Positions 18,740 to 29,713 of a DNA stretch of 64,000 nucleotides are shown one piece after another. Origin of the DNA: an uncultured Actinomycetes bacterium. GTDB lineage: Bacteria; Actinomycetota; UBA4738; HRBIN12. The notes under the pieces were generated by a model that worked only from the letters and a program-made list of their open reading frames with translations, made no database searches and was not told the origin of the DNA. The stretch is from NCBI GenBank assembly GCA_963790335.1, contig CAWBOB010000007.1, forward strand, positions 65,639 through 129,638. The letters are read 5' to 3'. Position 1 is the first letter of the stretch. Each line of letters opens with the position of its first letter. Both the position numbers and the translations under genes were made by a program.

Positions 18740-19837
18740 CTAGTCGTGCGCTTCGCCCGCCGCCACCTTCTCGGCCGCCACCGCCCGGGCTTCGGCGAGC
18801 AGCGCGTCGACCAACTCGCCCTCAGGCACCTTGGCCACGACCTCTCCCTGGCGGATCACGAACCCGAGCCCGTTGCCGCTCGCGATGCCGACGTCGGCTT
18901 CCCTCGCCTCGCCGGGTCCGTTCACGACGCACCCCATCACCGCCACCCGCATCGGCACGGTGAAGCGCTCGCGCTCGATCGCCGCGTTGACCCGCTTCGT
19001 GAGCTCGAGCACGTTCACCTCGGCGCGACCGCACGACGGGCACGCGACGAGGTCGAGGCCGCGTCGTCGCAGACCGAGCGACTGCAGGATCGTCGTCGCG
19101 ACCTTGACCTCTTCCACCGGGTCGTCGGTCAGCGAGACGCGGATCGTGTCACCGATGCCCTCGGCGAGCAGCGTGCCGATGCCGACGGCGCTCTTCACGC
19201 CGCCCATGGGCATCGGGCCCGCCTCGGTCACACCCAGGTGCAGCGGGTAGTCGCACGCCTCGGCGAGCTGACGGTAGCTCTCGATCATCACGAGCGGGTT
19301 CGAGTGCTTGACCGAGATCTTGATGTCGAAGAAGTCCTCGTCCTCGAGGATGCGTGCCTCGCGGAGCGCACTCTCGACGAGCGCCTCCGGCGTCGGCGAT
19401 CCGAACCGGGCGAGCAGGGCGGGCTCCAGCGACCCGGCATTGACCCCGATGCGGATGGGCACCCCGCGCGCCTTGGCCTCGCGTGCGATCAACCGAACCT
19501 TGTCGTCGTAGCGGATGTTGCCGGGGTTGATGCGCAGACCCTGGATGCCCGCTTCCAACGCGGCCATGGCGTACTTCCATTGGAAATGGATGTCGGCAAC
19601 GACCGGCACCGTCGACTTGGCGGCGATGGCGACGAGGGCTTCGGCGTCCTCCCAGTGGGGCACCGCCACGCGCACGATGTCGACCCCGGTCGCGACGAGC
19701 GACGCGATCTGTTGCAAGGTGGCGTTGATGTCTGCGGTCTTCGTGGTGGTCATCGACTGGATCGAGACCGGCGCGTCGCCGCCGATCGCGACGCCGCCCA
19801 GATCGATCTGCCGGCTCTTCCTGCGCGCGATGTCCAC
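18740..19837 (-). CDS. ispG: 4-hydroxy-3-methylbut-2-en-1-yl diphosphate synthase
   Basis: [53 protein letters not shown]. Confidence 0.97.
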   Translation of the reverse strand: MDIARRKSRQIDLGGVAIGGDAPVSIQSMTTTKTADINATLQQIASLVATGVDIVRVAVPHWEDAEALVAIAAKSTVPVVADIHFQWKYAMAALEAGIQGLRINPGNIRYDDKVRLIAREAKARGVPIRIGVNAGSLEPALLARFGSPTPEALVESALREARILEDEDFFDIKISVKHSNPLVMIESYRQLAEACDYPLHLGVTEAGPMPMGGVKSAVGIGTLLAEGIGDTIRVSLTDDPVEEVKVATTILQSLGLRRRGLDLVACPSCGRAEVNVLELTKRVNAAIERERFTVPMRVAVMGCVVNGPGEAREADVGIASGNGLGFVIRQGEVVAKVPEGELVDALLAEARAVAAEKVAAGEAHD

Positions 19838-19871
19838 CGCTACCAGTCTCCCAGCTCGAGCGACGCCGGCC

Positions 19872-20321
19872 TCACGCCCCGAACACGTGGAACGTGATCG
19901 TGCGGTCCTTGGGCTCGTCCATCTCGAAGAAGATCAGCCGCTGCCAGGAGCCGAAGCCGGGCTCGCCGGCGATCACCGGGATCGAGTGCGACGTCGCCGA
20001 GAGCAGCATGGCCTTCACGTGCGCATGACCGTTCCGCCGCTCGTCGGGGTTCAGGTTCTGGGTGCGCACCTCGAAGTCGTCGTGGCGGTAGTAGACGCCG
20101 TCGTGCGGCACGAGCTCGGTCAGATGACGCCGGAAGTCGGCCATGGCGCCGTCTTCCCACTCGTTGATCAGCAGCGCACAGGTCGTGTGGGCGCAGAAGA
20201 CGATGGCCGCGCCGTCGACCACGCCGGAGTCCTTGATCGCTCGGCGCAGGTCGTCGGTGAGGTCGAGGAAATCGAAGCGCTCGGGCGCGTTGACGGTGAT
20301 CGTGCTCGTGGTGGAGATCAA
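19872..20321 (-). CDS. yjbQ: YjbQ/UPF0047 family protein (secondary thiamine-phosphate synthase-like)
   Basis: [30 protein letters not shown]; TTG start overlapping the kinase stop. Confidence 0.88.
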   Translation of the reverse strand: MISTTSTITVNAPERFDFLDLTDDLRRAIKDSGVVDGAAIVFCAHTTCALLINEWEDGAMADFRRHLTELVPHDGVYYRHDDFEVRTQNLNPDERRNGHAHVKAMLLSATSHSIPVIAGEPGFGSWQRLIFFEMDEPKDRTITFHVFGA

Positions 20322-21711
20322 TGATCCCTCCTGGTCGGGGCCGCGGGAGCGACCTGGCCTCGGATCGGCAGTGAGACGGGAAGATCGAAGGTGAAGACGG
20401 CGCCGTGACCCGGCGCGCTCTCGGCGCGGATGACGCCGCCATGGGCCTCGACGACGGAGCGCGCGATGGCGAGCCCGATGCCCGTGCCGCCCCCGTCGTC
20501 CCTGGCCCTGGCGGCATCGACGCGATAGAAGCGTTCGAACAGACGCGGCAGGGCCTCGGCGGGGATGCCGACGCCGGTGTCGGCCACGCTCACCTCGACC
20601 GACCCGTTGTGCCGGCGCGCTTCGATACGCACCTCACCGCCTTCCGGCGTGAACCGCACCGCGTTGTCGACGAGGTTGAAGATGACCTGGTGCACACGTT
20701 CCGCGTCGGCCTCGATCGTTGGGAGATCGGCGGAGAGGGAGGTCACGATGCGCACCGCACGGTCGGCGCACGCGACCTCGATCTCCGAGCGCACGCGGTC
20801 GACGAGGGGCGCGAGCGCGACCGGCTCTCGCCGCAGCGGCACCTCGCCTGATTCCAGCTTCGACAGGTCGAGCAATTGCTCGACGAGACGTCCCAGCCGT
20901 TCCGACTGTGCCAGCATCACCTGGAGCGTGTGGTCGTTCGGCTGCTCGACACCATCGAGCAGGTTCTCGAGGTGCGCCCTGATCGCGGCGATCGGCGTCT
21001 TCAGCTCGTGCGAGACGTTCGCGACCAGATCGCGTCTGGACGCTTCGAGGTTCTCGAGCTCCCGGCTCATGCGGTTGAACGCCTCGGCGAGCTGGCCGAC
21101 CTCGTCACGGGTGGTGGTGTGGATGCGGGTCGAGTAGTCGCCCGTCTGCATGCGTCGGGATGCTTCGGCCATGTCGCGCAGCGGCTGCGTCATGCCGCGG
21201 GCGAGCCAGCGGGCGAGCACCAGGGCGATCACGGCGGCGATCGCTCCGGCCAGCAGGAACTGCCACCACACGCTCTGCAGGAACCCGAGGGTGGCGGAGA
21301 AGCGGCCGAGGGAGCCCCGGGTCGGCGATCGGTACAGCACGATCACGCTGCCGCCGTCGTCGGTGGGCACCGCTGCCCAGACCTTGTTCCGGTCGAGCAC
21401 CCCCCAACGGGGCACCCGCCCAGGCGTATCGGGCACCGTCACACCGAAGTCCGGACCCTCGACCGTGACCTCCCCGGTCACGCGCGCGCCGCACGACCAT
21501 CACGTCGTCGGGCGCAGCCGGTGAGCTCGCCGCTCGCGAGCTGTCGGGCGAGGGTCAGCGCGCGGATCGCCTCGGAGTCTCTCGGCGATTCCCGCAGCGC
21601 GAAGCCGATGAGGGCGTAGGAGATGACGATCGTGATCGCGACGGCGATGACGATCGTCGCCCCCAGCTTGCCGCGGATCGTGGGCAGGCGCCCGAGCGGC
21701 CGGGAGCTCAC
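20318..21711 (-). CDS. Membrane sensor histidine kinase, HAMP-HisKA-HATPase (frameshifts about 21485-21530)
   Basis: HAMP (DEVGQLAEAFNRM), H-box NVSHELKTP, N-box NLVDNAVRF, DTGVGI, GGTGIGLAI; TM1 is in the frame starting at 21711. Confidence 0.9.
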
Positions 21712-22412
21712 GACCGTTCCTGGAACGCGTACCCGACGCCGTGCACCGTGCGGATGAACCTGGGCTCGTTGCCGTCTTCGCCGAGCTTGCGCCGGATGCG
21801 CGCCACGTGCGAGTCGACCACCCGTCCGCCGGCGAAGTCACGGTAGCCCCAGACGCGATCCATGAGCTGGTCGCGCGAGAGCACGACGCCCGGATCGCGA
21901 GCCAGCGACAGCAGGATCTCGAACTCGAGCGGGGTGAGGCCGACGTCGTCGCCGTCGACCGTCACCCGGCGACGGCTCGGGTCCATCACCAGGCCACCGT
22001 GATCGATCGGTCCCGCGTCGCGCTGCTCACCCATGCGTTCCATGCGGCGCAGGATCGCTTTCACGCGCGCCGTGAGCTCTCGCAGGCTGAAGGGCTTCGT
22101 GAGGTAGTCGTCGGCGCCGACCGCGAACCCGCTCACCTTGTCGGCTTCCTCGGTCTTGGCCGTGAGCATCAGCACGGGGGTCCAGGTATCACGCTGGATC
22201 TGCTTGCAGACCTCCAGGCCGTCCATGCCGGGAAGCATCAGGTCGAGCACGACCAGATCGGGGTGCTGGCCGGCGTGCTGCTCGATCGCGTCGGGCCCGT
22301 CGAGCGCCACGAGCACCCGGAACCCCTCGGATTCGAGCCTCGCTCGGATCGCCTCGGCGATGGCTTCCTCGTCGTCGACGACGAGCACGGTCTGTTGGCT
22401 CACGTCGGCCAT
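21708..22412 (-). CDS. OmpR/PhoB-family response regulator
   Basis: VLVVDDE, LDLMLPGMDG, GADDYLTKPF, winged helix RVVDSHVARIRRKL...TVHGVGY; true start may be GTG 22403 (TACGAT -10 lies 7 nt upstream). Confidence 0.95.
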   Translation of the reverse strand: MADVSQQTVLVVDDEEAIAEAIRARLESEGFRVLVALDGPDAIEQHAGQHPDLVVLDLMLPGMDGLEVCKQIQRDTWTPVLMLTAKTEEADKVSGFAVGADDYLTKPFSLRELTARVKAILRRMERMGEQRDAGPIDHGGLVMDPSRRRVTVDGDDVGLTPLEFEILLSLARDPGVVLSRDQLMDRVWGYRDFAGGRVVDSHVARIRRKLGEDGNEPRFIRTVHGVGYAFQERS

Positions 22413-22503
22413 CGTAGCCCCGGGGCATGTCGGCAGTGCTCGCCGGGTGTTGAGAAATCGTGGTGCCCGTTCGCGCGCAACGCATCGCGAACGTCGGCCT
22501 CGC

Positions 22504-23652
22504 CTAGGGGAGCACGATGGGCTTGGTCACGTCGAGCACGATCGTGGCGCCGACGAACAGCACGAAGAACGCCATGACCGCGGCCGAGACCGGGATGAGC
22601 GTGCGCATGTCGACGGCCTTGCCGCGGATCTTCTCGATCAGCAGGGTCGCGAGGTGTCCCCCATCGAACGGCGGAAGCGGCACGAGGTTGATCAAGCCCA
22701 CGAACACGGTGACGAACCCGAAGAGCTGCAACAGGATCTCGACGGCGCCCGCTTCGCCGCTGATGACGCCGACCTGCTGGCTGATACCGACCACGCTCGT
22801 CGCGTCGTCGGGACGGCGTTCGTCGTCGCTGAAGAGCAGCCCGAACACCCTGCCGACCCCGCTCGGACCGAACACGCGCGCGACCTGGTGCCGCGTCTCC
22901 TCGATGGAGATGCCGACGTAGCGTACCCCTCCGATCAGGGCGGGACCGACCCCCTGTGGCTCGGGGTCGGGGGGCGCCACGATGACGCCCATGCGCCCAC
23001 GCGTCTCCCCTTCCACCTCTGCGAGCTCCGGCACCACGGACAAGGTCACCCGCCGCCCGTCGCGTTCCACGACGACCGCGAGCGGCTCGCCCGGGCGTTG
23101 CCTCACCTGTGACGTCACGATCTCGCCGAGCTGCTCGCTCGTGGGCTCGTCGACCTCGCCCAGCCGCACGAGCTGATCGCCCGCCATGAGACCTGCCGCG
23201 GCGGCGGGGCTCTCGTCGCCGTTCATGGTGGCTTCCACCGTGTCGATGACGATCGGCGTGAGCGGCGCGGTGCGGGGGTCACCGAAGACGGCGAGCCAGA
23301 CCGCGAAGATCAACGCCGCGACCACGAAGTGGGTCGCCGGGCCAGCGACGATCGTGATCGCGCGTTGCCAGATCGGCTTGGCCCCGTAGAGCCGCGGGGC
23401 ATCCTCGGGCGGGTTCTCCTCGTAGGGGTTCATCCCCGCGATCTTCACGTAGCCCCCGATGAAGATCGGCTTGACGCCGTACTCGAGTTCGCCCTTGCGC
23501 CGGGACCAGATCTTCCACGGCCCGAACCCCACGAAGTACTCCGTGACCTTCATGCCGAAGATGCGCGCGCTCACGAAGTGCCCCAGCTCGTGGATCGCGA
23601 TGATCACGGTGAGGAAGGGCAGGAAGATGAGGAAGCCGATGAGCAGATCCAT
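22504..23652 (-). CDS. RseP/RasP-like M50 zinc metalloprotease with PDZ domain
   Basis: IHELGH, GGYVKIAGM, AGPATHF, NLVPLPPFDGG; follows dxr. Confidence 0.92.
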   Translation of the reverse strand: MDLLIGFLIFLPFLTVIIAIHELGHFVSARIFGMKVTEYFVGFGPWKIWSRRKGELEYGVKPIFIGGYVKIAGMNPYEENPPEDAPRLYGAKPIWQRAITIVAGPATHFVVAALIFAVWLAVFGDPRTAPLTPIVIDTVEATMNGDESPAAAAGLMAGDQLVRLGEVDEPTSEQLGEIVTSQVRQRPGEPLAVVVERDGRRVTLSVVPELAEVEGETRGRMGVIVAPPDPEPQGVGPALIGGVRYVGISIEETRHQVARVFGPSGVGRVFGLLFSDDERRPDDATSVVGISQQVGVISGEAGAVEILLQLFGFVTVFVGLINLVPLPPFDGGHLATLLIEKIRGKAVDMRTLIPVSAAVMAFFVLFVGATIVLDVTKPIVLP

Positions 23653-23665
23653 GAGGGGGGAAGGG

Positions 23666-24823
23666 CTACCGCTCCTCGACGATCTCGGCAGCCCGCTGAC
23701 GTGCCCACGCATCGGCTCGCTCGATGCTCACGATGGAGACCACCGAGGCAGGCTCGTGCTCGTCGACGAGGGTCTGCACGAGCTCCACGATGCGGGTGAG
23801 CGCGATCTTGCCCTCGAGGAACGCCATCACCGCCACCTCGTTGGCGGCGTTCATGACGGCGGGGAACGTCGAGCCGAGCCCGCCGACCCGGTACGCGAGG
23901 TCGACCGCAGGGAACGCCTCACGGTCGACGGGCTCGAAGGTCAGCGGCCGCTCCGTGAGAGGCACCGGCTCGACCCCCGACGCGAGCCGGTCGGGCCAGC
24001 CGAGCGCGAGCTGGATCGGCAGGCGCATGTCGGGGGTGGCCATCTCGGCACGCAGGCTGCCGTCTCGGAACTCGGCCATCGCGTGCACGACACCCTCGGG
24101 ATGGATCAAGACGTGGATGGACGAGTACTCGAGATCGAACAGGTAGTGCGCCTCGATGACCTCGAGACCCTTGTTCATCAGCGTCGCCGAATCGATCGTG
24201 ATCTTCGGCCCCATCGACCACACCGGGTGCTGCAGGGCCTCCTTGACGCTGGCGCGGGAGAGTTCGTTGCGGGTCCACCCTCGGAAGGGGCCACCCGAAC
24301 CGGTGAGGACCACGCGCTTCACGTCCTCGCGTCGCTCCCCCCGCATCGCCATCGCGAGCGCGGCATGCTCGGAGTCGACGGGAAGCAGTCGTTCGGGCTC
24401 ACCCTTGATGAGGTCGGTCACGAGCTCGCCCCCGACGACCAGGCTCTCCTTGTTGGCGAGCGCCAGCGTCTTGCCGGACTGCAGCACGGCGAGGGTCGGC
24501 GCGAGACCCGCCGAGCCCACCAGGGCGTTGACCACCATGTCCGCCTCCGTCTCGGCAGCGAGCCGTTCGGCGGCGTCGGGACCCTCGATGATGTCGACGC
24601 CGGGCACGGAGCCGAGCTTGCGTCGCACATCGCCGGCGGCCGTCTCGTCGGCGATGGCGACGACCGGCGGAAGGAACTCGCGGATCTGGCCGGCCAACAG
24701 CTCGAGGTTGGTACCCCCCGCCGAGAGACCGACTGCCTTGAATCGCTCGGGATGGCGCCGCACGACGTCGAGGGCCTGCGTGCCCACCGAACCCGTCGAC
24801 CCCAGGATCGTCACCGATCTCAT
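23666..24823 (-). CDS. dxr: 1-deoxy-D-xylulose 5-phosphate reductoisomerase
   Basis: ILGSTGSVG, LANKESLV, PVDSEH, HPVWSMGPKITIDSATLMNKGLE. Confidence 0.97.
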   Translation of the reverse strand: MRSVTILGSTGSVGTQALDVVRRHPERFKAVGLSAGGTNLELLAGQIREFLPPVVAIADETAAGDVRRKLGSVPGVDIIEGPDAAERLAAETEADMVVNALVGSAGLAPTLAVLQSGKTLALANKESLVVGGELVTDLIKGEPERLLPVDSEHAALAMAMRGERREDVKRVVLTGSGGPFRGWTRNELSRASVKEALQHPVWSMGPKITIDSATLMNKGLEVIEAHYLFDLEYSSIHVLIHPEGVVHAMAEFRDGSLRAEMATPDMRLPIQLALGWPDRLASGVEPVPLTERPLTFEPVDREAFPAVDLAYRVGGLGSTFPAVMNAANEVAVMAFLEGKIALTRIVELVQTLVDEHEPASVVSIVSIERADAWARQRAAEIVEER

Positions 24824-24888
24824 GGTTCCAAGCCTACCCCGAGGTTGCCGCAACGCTCGCAACGACCGAGCGGCCCCCGGCCCGTCCG

Positions 24889-26565
24889 TCAGACGATGAT
24901 GATGCGGTACAGGAAGAACGCTGCAGGCGCCACGAACAGCACGGAGTCGATCCGGTCGAGCACCCCGCCATGGCCGGGCAGGATGCTCCCCATGTCCTTG
25001 ATGCCCATGTCGCGCTTGACGAGCGATTCGGCCAGATCGCCGAAGGTGGCCGCCGCCGCGACCACGATGCCGAGCAACAGCGCCTCGACGCGCAACTCCT
25101 TGAAGGGATCGACGAACGAGGTCACGAGCGTGACCGCCACCACGACGGTCACGAGCGTTCCCACGATGACACCTTCGACCGACTTGTTGGGGCTCACCGT
25201 TGGGGCCAATGGCCGCTCGAAGAACTGCCCTCCCCACACCGAGCCGGAGAGGAACGCGGCGGTATCGAAGACGAACGTCAACCCGATCACGCTCAGCACG
25301 AGCGAGACACCGCTCTCCCCTTCGAGCAGCACGAGCAGGTAGCTGCCGAGCAGCGGCACCCAGGCCATGTTGAGCACGGTGAGCCCGATGTTGGCGGCGA
25401 CATCCTTCCGGTGCCCCGACGGCCCACAGATGAACCACAGGAACGTGGCCGCCACCCCGAGCGCGAACATCGCGAGCACGGCGCTCTCTCCACGGAAGTA
25501 TGCCGCGGCAAGCATCAGCGCTCCGGCGATGAGGCCCACGGCCGTGGCGGGCTGGCGATGATGCCTCACCATGACTCCGAACAGCTCGCCCTGCGCCACG
25601 AGCACGATCGCGCCGGCGAGCAGCCCGAACAGCCAGTTCTCGATCAGCAGCGACGCGATGGCGGCGATCGCGAGGATGCCCCCGGTCATGAACGCCGCCG
25701 GCACGTCACGTTCGTCGGGAGCCGGGCCTCGGCGGTCGACCTCGAGCGCGCCGGGCTCCTGCCAGCTGGGTCCACCGAGACCCTCGGCGCCGACCAAGAC
25801 CGGTTCGTGCTCCGGCTCCGGCTCGGCGAGATCCGTGAGGATGTCGTGCTCGACCTCGTCGGGACCGAGCTCCCCCAAGGTCGTGCTGCTCGCCGCAGGC
25901 GCATCCACCGGATCGTCGGCGCCACCGGGAGACTCGACATCGCCCATCAGCTCGTCGATCGTCGCGATGGGTGCCGTCTCGAGGCCGGGGCCATCGGTGT
26001 CGCCGACGACCGTCACGTCGGCGTATCCCTGATCGTCTTCGGCCGCGGGCTCCCACTCCCTTCCCGGATCGGTCGCGCGACCGTCGTCTCCACCCTCGAA
26101 CAATCCAGCCTGGTCGGGGCCGGGCTCGGCGGAGGCCGCGGCCTCGTCGCCGCCGCCGTCGTCGTCGTCGTCGACCATGTCGCCCACCTCGACGACGCGA
26201 TCGGGCTCGGGCGCCTCGGCGTGCCCGGCATCGGCGAAGCCCTCGTCGATCTCGTCGTCGACGCCGATACCCTCGATCGTCTCGAGGACGGTCGTGTCGT
26301 ACCAATCCTCATCGTCGATCTCGTCGCCCTCGAGCACGTCGTCGGATCCGGGATCGGCGACGACGTCGGTCGGGCCGGAGACCGAGGCCGGCTCGGCCTC
26401 GACTTCGGCATCGGTATCGTCGGCCATCACCGAGACGTGTTCCTCGCTCGGGGTCTCTCGAGCGCCGGCCGAGGCCGGCTCGTCCCACTCCACGTCCTTG
26501 ATGGGCGCGAAGAACTTGTCGAGATCCTCGAACAGGTCGTCGCCGTCGCGCTCGTTGCCCGCCAC
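24889..26565 (-). CDS. cdsA: Phosphatidate cytidylyltransferase with a long acidic N-terminal extension
   Basis: C-terminal CTP_transf_1 motifs DTAAF, SPNKSVEG, GDLAESLVKRDMGIKDMGSILPGHGGVLDRIDS; GTG overlaps the frr stop. Confidence 0.93.
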   Translation of the reverse strand: MAGNERDGDDLFEDLDKFFAPIKDVEWDEPASAGARETPSEEHVSVMADDTDAEVEAEPASVSGPTDVVADPGSDDVLEGDEIDDEDWYDTTVLETIEGIGVDDEIDEGFADAGHAEAPEPDRVVEVGDMVDDDDDGGGDEAAASAEPGPDQAGLFEGGDDGRATDPGREWEPAAEDDQGYADVTVVGDTDGPGLETAPIATIDELMGDVESPGGADDPVDAPAASSTTLGELGPDEVEHDILTDLAEPEPEHEPVLVGAEGLGGPSWQEPGALEVDRRGPAPDERDVPAAFMTGGILAIAAIASLLIENWLFGLLAGAIVLVAQGELFGVMVRHHRQPATAVGLIAGALMLAAAYFRGESAVLAMFALGVAATFLWFICGPSGHRKDVAANIGLTVLNMAWVPLLGSYLLVLLEGESGVSLVLSVIGLTFVFDTAAFLSGSVWGGQFFERPLAPTVSPNKSVEGVIVGTLVTVVVAVTLVTSFVDPFKELRVEALLLGIVVAAAATFGDLAESLVKRDMGIKDMGSILPGHGGVLDRIDSVLFVAPAAFFLYRIIIV

Positions 26566-27125
26566 TAGACCTCCATGAGCTCCTGCTCCTTGTGCTGCTG
26601 GATCTCGTCGATCCCGCCCACGTGCCGATCGGTCAGCTTCTGGAGCTCTTTCTCTCCTCGCACCAGGTCATCTTGGGAGATGCCGCCCTCTCGCTCAAGC
26701 TTCTCCATGTCTTCCTTGGCGTGGCGCCGAACGTTGCGAACGGCGACCCTGCCCTCTTCCGCCCGGGTATGGACCTGTTTCACGAGGTCCCTGCGCCGAT
26801 CCTCGGTGAGGGCCGGGAAGGCCAGGCGGATCATCTGCCCGTCGTTCGACGGTGTGATGCCCAGGTCGCTCGACTGGATGGCCTTCTCGATCGCCCCGAT
26901 CGCCCCCTTGTCGAACGGCTGCACGGCCAGCAGGCGAGGTTCCGGCACGGTGATCGACGCGAGCTGATTCAACGGCACCGGCGTTCCGTAGTACTCCACG
27001 GTGACGCGGTTCAGCACGGCGGGGGTCGCCCGGCCGGTGCGGATCGCCGAGAGCTCGTCCTTGAGATGGGTGACCGCCTGCTCCATCTTGTGGTCGGCAT
27101 CCTTGAGCGTGGAATCGATCGTCAT
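26565..27125 (-). CDS. frr: Ribosome recycling factor
   Basis: IRTGRATP, YYGTPVPLNQLA, PSNDG, VRNVRR. Confidence 0.97.
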   Translation of the reverse strand: MTIDSTLKDADHKMEQAVTHLKDELSAIRTGRATPAVLNRVTVEYYGTPVPLNQLASITVPEPRLLAVQPFDKGAIGAIEKAIQSSDLGITPSNDGQMIRLAFPALTEDRRRDLVKQVHTRAEEGRVAVRNVRRHAKEDMEKLEREGGISQDDLVRGEKELQKLTDRHVGGIDEIQQHKEQELMEV

Positions 27126-27134
27126 GGGGCTCCT

Positions 27135-27863
27135 TCAGTGCACGAGCGTGCCGATCGGCTCGCCGTTGACCACACGGCTGATGTTGCCCTCCTGGCGCAG
27201 GTTGAACACGATGATCGGAAGCTTGTTCTCCATGCAGAGCGAGATGGCGGTCGCGTCCATGACCTGGTAGCCCTCCTTCAGCACCTCGACGTACTCGATC
27301 TCGTCGAAGCGCTCGGCGTCGGCGTCGAGCACGGGGTCGGCGTTGTAGACGCCATCGACCTTGGTGCCCTTGAGCAGGGCATCGGCGCCGATCTCGAGTG
27401 CCCGCTGGGCTGCGCAGGTGTCGGTGGAGAAGTACGGCACGCCGAGCCCCGCGGCGAAGATCACGACCCGCCCCTTCTCGAGGTGCCGGCGAGCGCGCAG
27501 CGGTGTGAAGGGCTCCGCGAGCTGCGTCATGGAGATGGCGGTCTGCACCCGGGTCGTGACGTGGATCTTCTCGAGGGCGTCCTGCAGGGCGAGTGCGTTC
27601 ATGACCGTCGCGAGCATGCCCATGTAGTCGGCGCGATTGCGATCGATACCCGGCGCCTGACGGCCGCGCCAGATGTTGCCACCCCCCACGACCACCGCGG
27701 TCTGCACCCCGAGGTCGACGACCTCGGCCAGTTGGCGTGCGACGAGTGCCGTCGCATCGGTGTTGATGCCGTACTCGGCGTCGCCCGGAGCGAACGCCTC
27801 CCCGGAGAGCTTCAGCAGCACGCGTCCGTAATGCGCCCGCGGCGTGCCCTCCGTCTCGGACAT
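27135..27863 (-). CDS. pyrH: Uridylate kinase
   Basis: [41 protein letters not shown]. Confidence 0.97.
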   Translation of the reverse strand: MSETEGTPRAHYGRVLLKLSGEAFAPGDAEYGINTDATALVARQLAEVVDLGVQTAVVVGGGNIWRGRQAPGIDRNRADYMGMLATVMNALALQDALEKIHVTTRVQTAISMTQLAEPFTPLRARRHLEKGRVVIFAAGLGVPYFSTDTCAAQRALEIGADALLKGTKVDGVYNADPVLDADAERFDEIEYVEVLKEGYQVMDATAISLCMENKLPIIVFNLRQEGNISRVVNGEPIGTLVH

Positions 27864-27908
27864 CTACCCCCCGTTCCTCTCTCGTGATGCGGTCTGCGCT
27901 GAACGACC

Positions 27909-28550
27909 TTACGCCTCGGTCGGCTCCGGTGCCGCGTCGTCGGCCGCGTCGCCGAGCTTGAAGCGCGCGAATCGTCGGATCGCGATGCGCTCTCCCACCT
28001 TCGCGGAGGTCTCGTCGAGGAGCTGCTGCACCGTCTTCGAGTCGTCCTTCACGTAGGGCTGTTCGAGCAGCACCGTGTCCCGCATGAAGGCATCGAGCTT
28101 GCCGGTCACGATCGTGCCGATGATGTGATCGGGCTTGCCGGATTCCTTGGCCTGCACCTCGGCGATGTGGCGCTCGCGATCGAGCTCGCCCGACGGTACC
28201 TCGTCACGCGTGAGGAACCTCGGCGCCGACGGACTGGCGATGTGCAACGCGACGTCTTTCACGAGCTTGCGGAAGTCGTCGGTGTTGGCCACGAAGTCGG
28301 TCTCGCAATTGACCTCGACGAGCACGCCGACCGTGTTGTTGAAGTGGACGTAGGCGTCGACGAGGCCTTGGTTGGCCGACCGCCCCGCGCGCTTGGCCAC
28401 CGACGCGAGGCCCTTCTCTCGCAACAGCTCCACGGCACGGTCGAGGTCGCCGTCGGCCTCGATGAGGGCCTTCTTGCAGTCCATCATGCCGGCGCCCGTG
28501 GCGTCGCGGAGCTGCTTGACCTCGGCAGCGGTCGGTGACACGGCGCTCAT
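27909..28550 (-). CDS. tsf: Elongation factor Ts (short form, 213 aa)
   Basis: [44 protein letters not shown]. Confidence 0.97.
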   Translation of the reverse strand: MSAVSPTAAEVKQLRDATGAGMMDCKKALIEADGDLDRAVELLREKGLASVAKRAGRSANQGLVDAYVHFNNTVGVLVEVNCETDFVANTDDFRKLVKDVALHIASPSAPRFLTRDEVPSGELDRERHIAEVQAKESGKPDHIIGTIVTGKLDAFMRDTVLLEQPYVKDDSKTVQQLLDETSAKVGERIAIRRFARFKLGDAADDAAPEPTEA

Positions 28551-29503
28551 GTGCCCTCCTCGGGCGTGCCGCCGGCCGCCGCGCCGACGGGTTCGGCGAC
28601 GACCGACTCGTCGCTCGCGGGGGGCGGCGCGGGCTCGGCCTCGTCCTCGGCCGGCGCCTCAGGGACGTCCGGCTCGAAGACGGTGCTCTTGGCGATGGCG
28701 GCGGCATCTTCAGGCGACGGTGTCTCGGACTCCTCGACCCTGGCCGGAGCCGCGGTCGACCTCGGGCCGGCGGGTGCCCCCGCTCGAGCGGGAGCCGCGG
28801 CTTCGGCCGGTTGGTCCTTGGCCATGCCGTAGCCCTCGGCGAGCGCGTCGGCGACCACGCGGGCCACCAGGCTCACGGCCCGGATCGCATCGTCGTTGCC
28901 CGGGATGGGGAAGTCGACCTCGTCGGGATCGCAGTTGGTGTCGACGATCGCGATGACCGGGATGCCAAGCTTCCTCGCCTCGTTGACGGCGATGTGCTCC
29001 TTCTTCGTGTCGATCACGAAAACCGCGTCGGGAAGCCGCTCGAGGTCCTGGATGCCGCCGAGGTTGCGCGTCAGCTTGTCGCGCTCGTGGCGCAGACGGA
29101 TGGCTTCCTTCTTCGGCAGGTAGTCGAGGGCTCCGGTCCGCTCCATCTCGTGCAGCTCACGCAGACGGAGCAGGCGCTTGGAGATCGTGGAGAAGTTCGT
29201 GAGCATGCCGCCCAGCCAGCGGTTGTTGACGAACGGCATGCCGACGCGCGTGGCGTGCTCGTGCACGACTTCCTGAGCCTGCTTCTTCGTGCCGATGAAG
29301 AGCACGATGCCGCGGCGGCGGCCGAGCCCCTGCACGAACTCATGGGTCTCCTCGAGGCCCGCGAGGGACTTCTCGAGGTCGATGATGTAGATGCCGGAAC
29401 GCTCCCCGTACAGGAACCGCTGCATCTTCGGGTTCCACCGGCGAGTCTGGTGGCCGAAGTGCACGCCCGCCTCGAGGAGCTCCCGCCTGGTGACGACAGG
29501 CAC
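28547..29503 (-). CDS. rpsB: 30S ribosomal protein S2
   Basis: [50 protein letters not shown]; SD AAGGAGG before GTG 29503. Confidence 0.98.
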   Translation of the reverse strand: MPVVTRRELLEAGVHFGHQTRRWNPKMQRFLYGERSGIYIIDLEKSLAGLEETHEFVQGLGRRRGIVLFIGTKKQAQEVVHEHATRVGMPFVNNRWLGGMLTNFSTISKRLLRLRELHEMERTGALDYLPKKEAIRLRHERDKLTRNLGGIQDLERLPDAVFVIDTKKEHIAVNEARKLGIPVIAIVDTNCDPDEVDFPIPGNDDAIRAVSLVARVVADALAEGYGMAKDQPAEAAAPARAGAPAGPRSTAAPARVEESETPSPEDAAAIAKSTVFEPDVPEAPAEDEAEPAPPPASDESVVAEPVGAAAGGTPEEGT

Positions 29504-29644
29504 GAAGCCCTCCTTCTCGGTTGTTGTCCTCCGCCCGGATCGTTCCGTCACCGGCCAGCCCATGCGATGCGAGGGCGGGACCCCGGCGATGCGGTCCCCA
29601 GGCGTGTGAGCTCGGCGCTCGGCGCCGGCCCGGGGAGTCTAGCA
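29504..29644 (-). promoter_or_regulatory. rpsB promoter (extended -10 TGCTAGACT, 29636-29644) and structured 5' leader (likely S2 autoregulatory element)
   Basis: TGn-TAGACT; a roughly 125-nt GC-rich leader with hairpins, CACACGC near the 5' end and ACAACC-GAGAAGGAGG before the start. Confidence 0.6.
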
Positions 29645-29713
29645 GCACGCCTGGAGCGGGCGGACGGGCCGCGGGTGGCTCCGCGGAGGTGCAACCGTCG
29701 GGGTTTGGACCGC

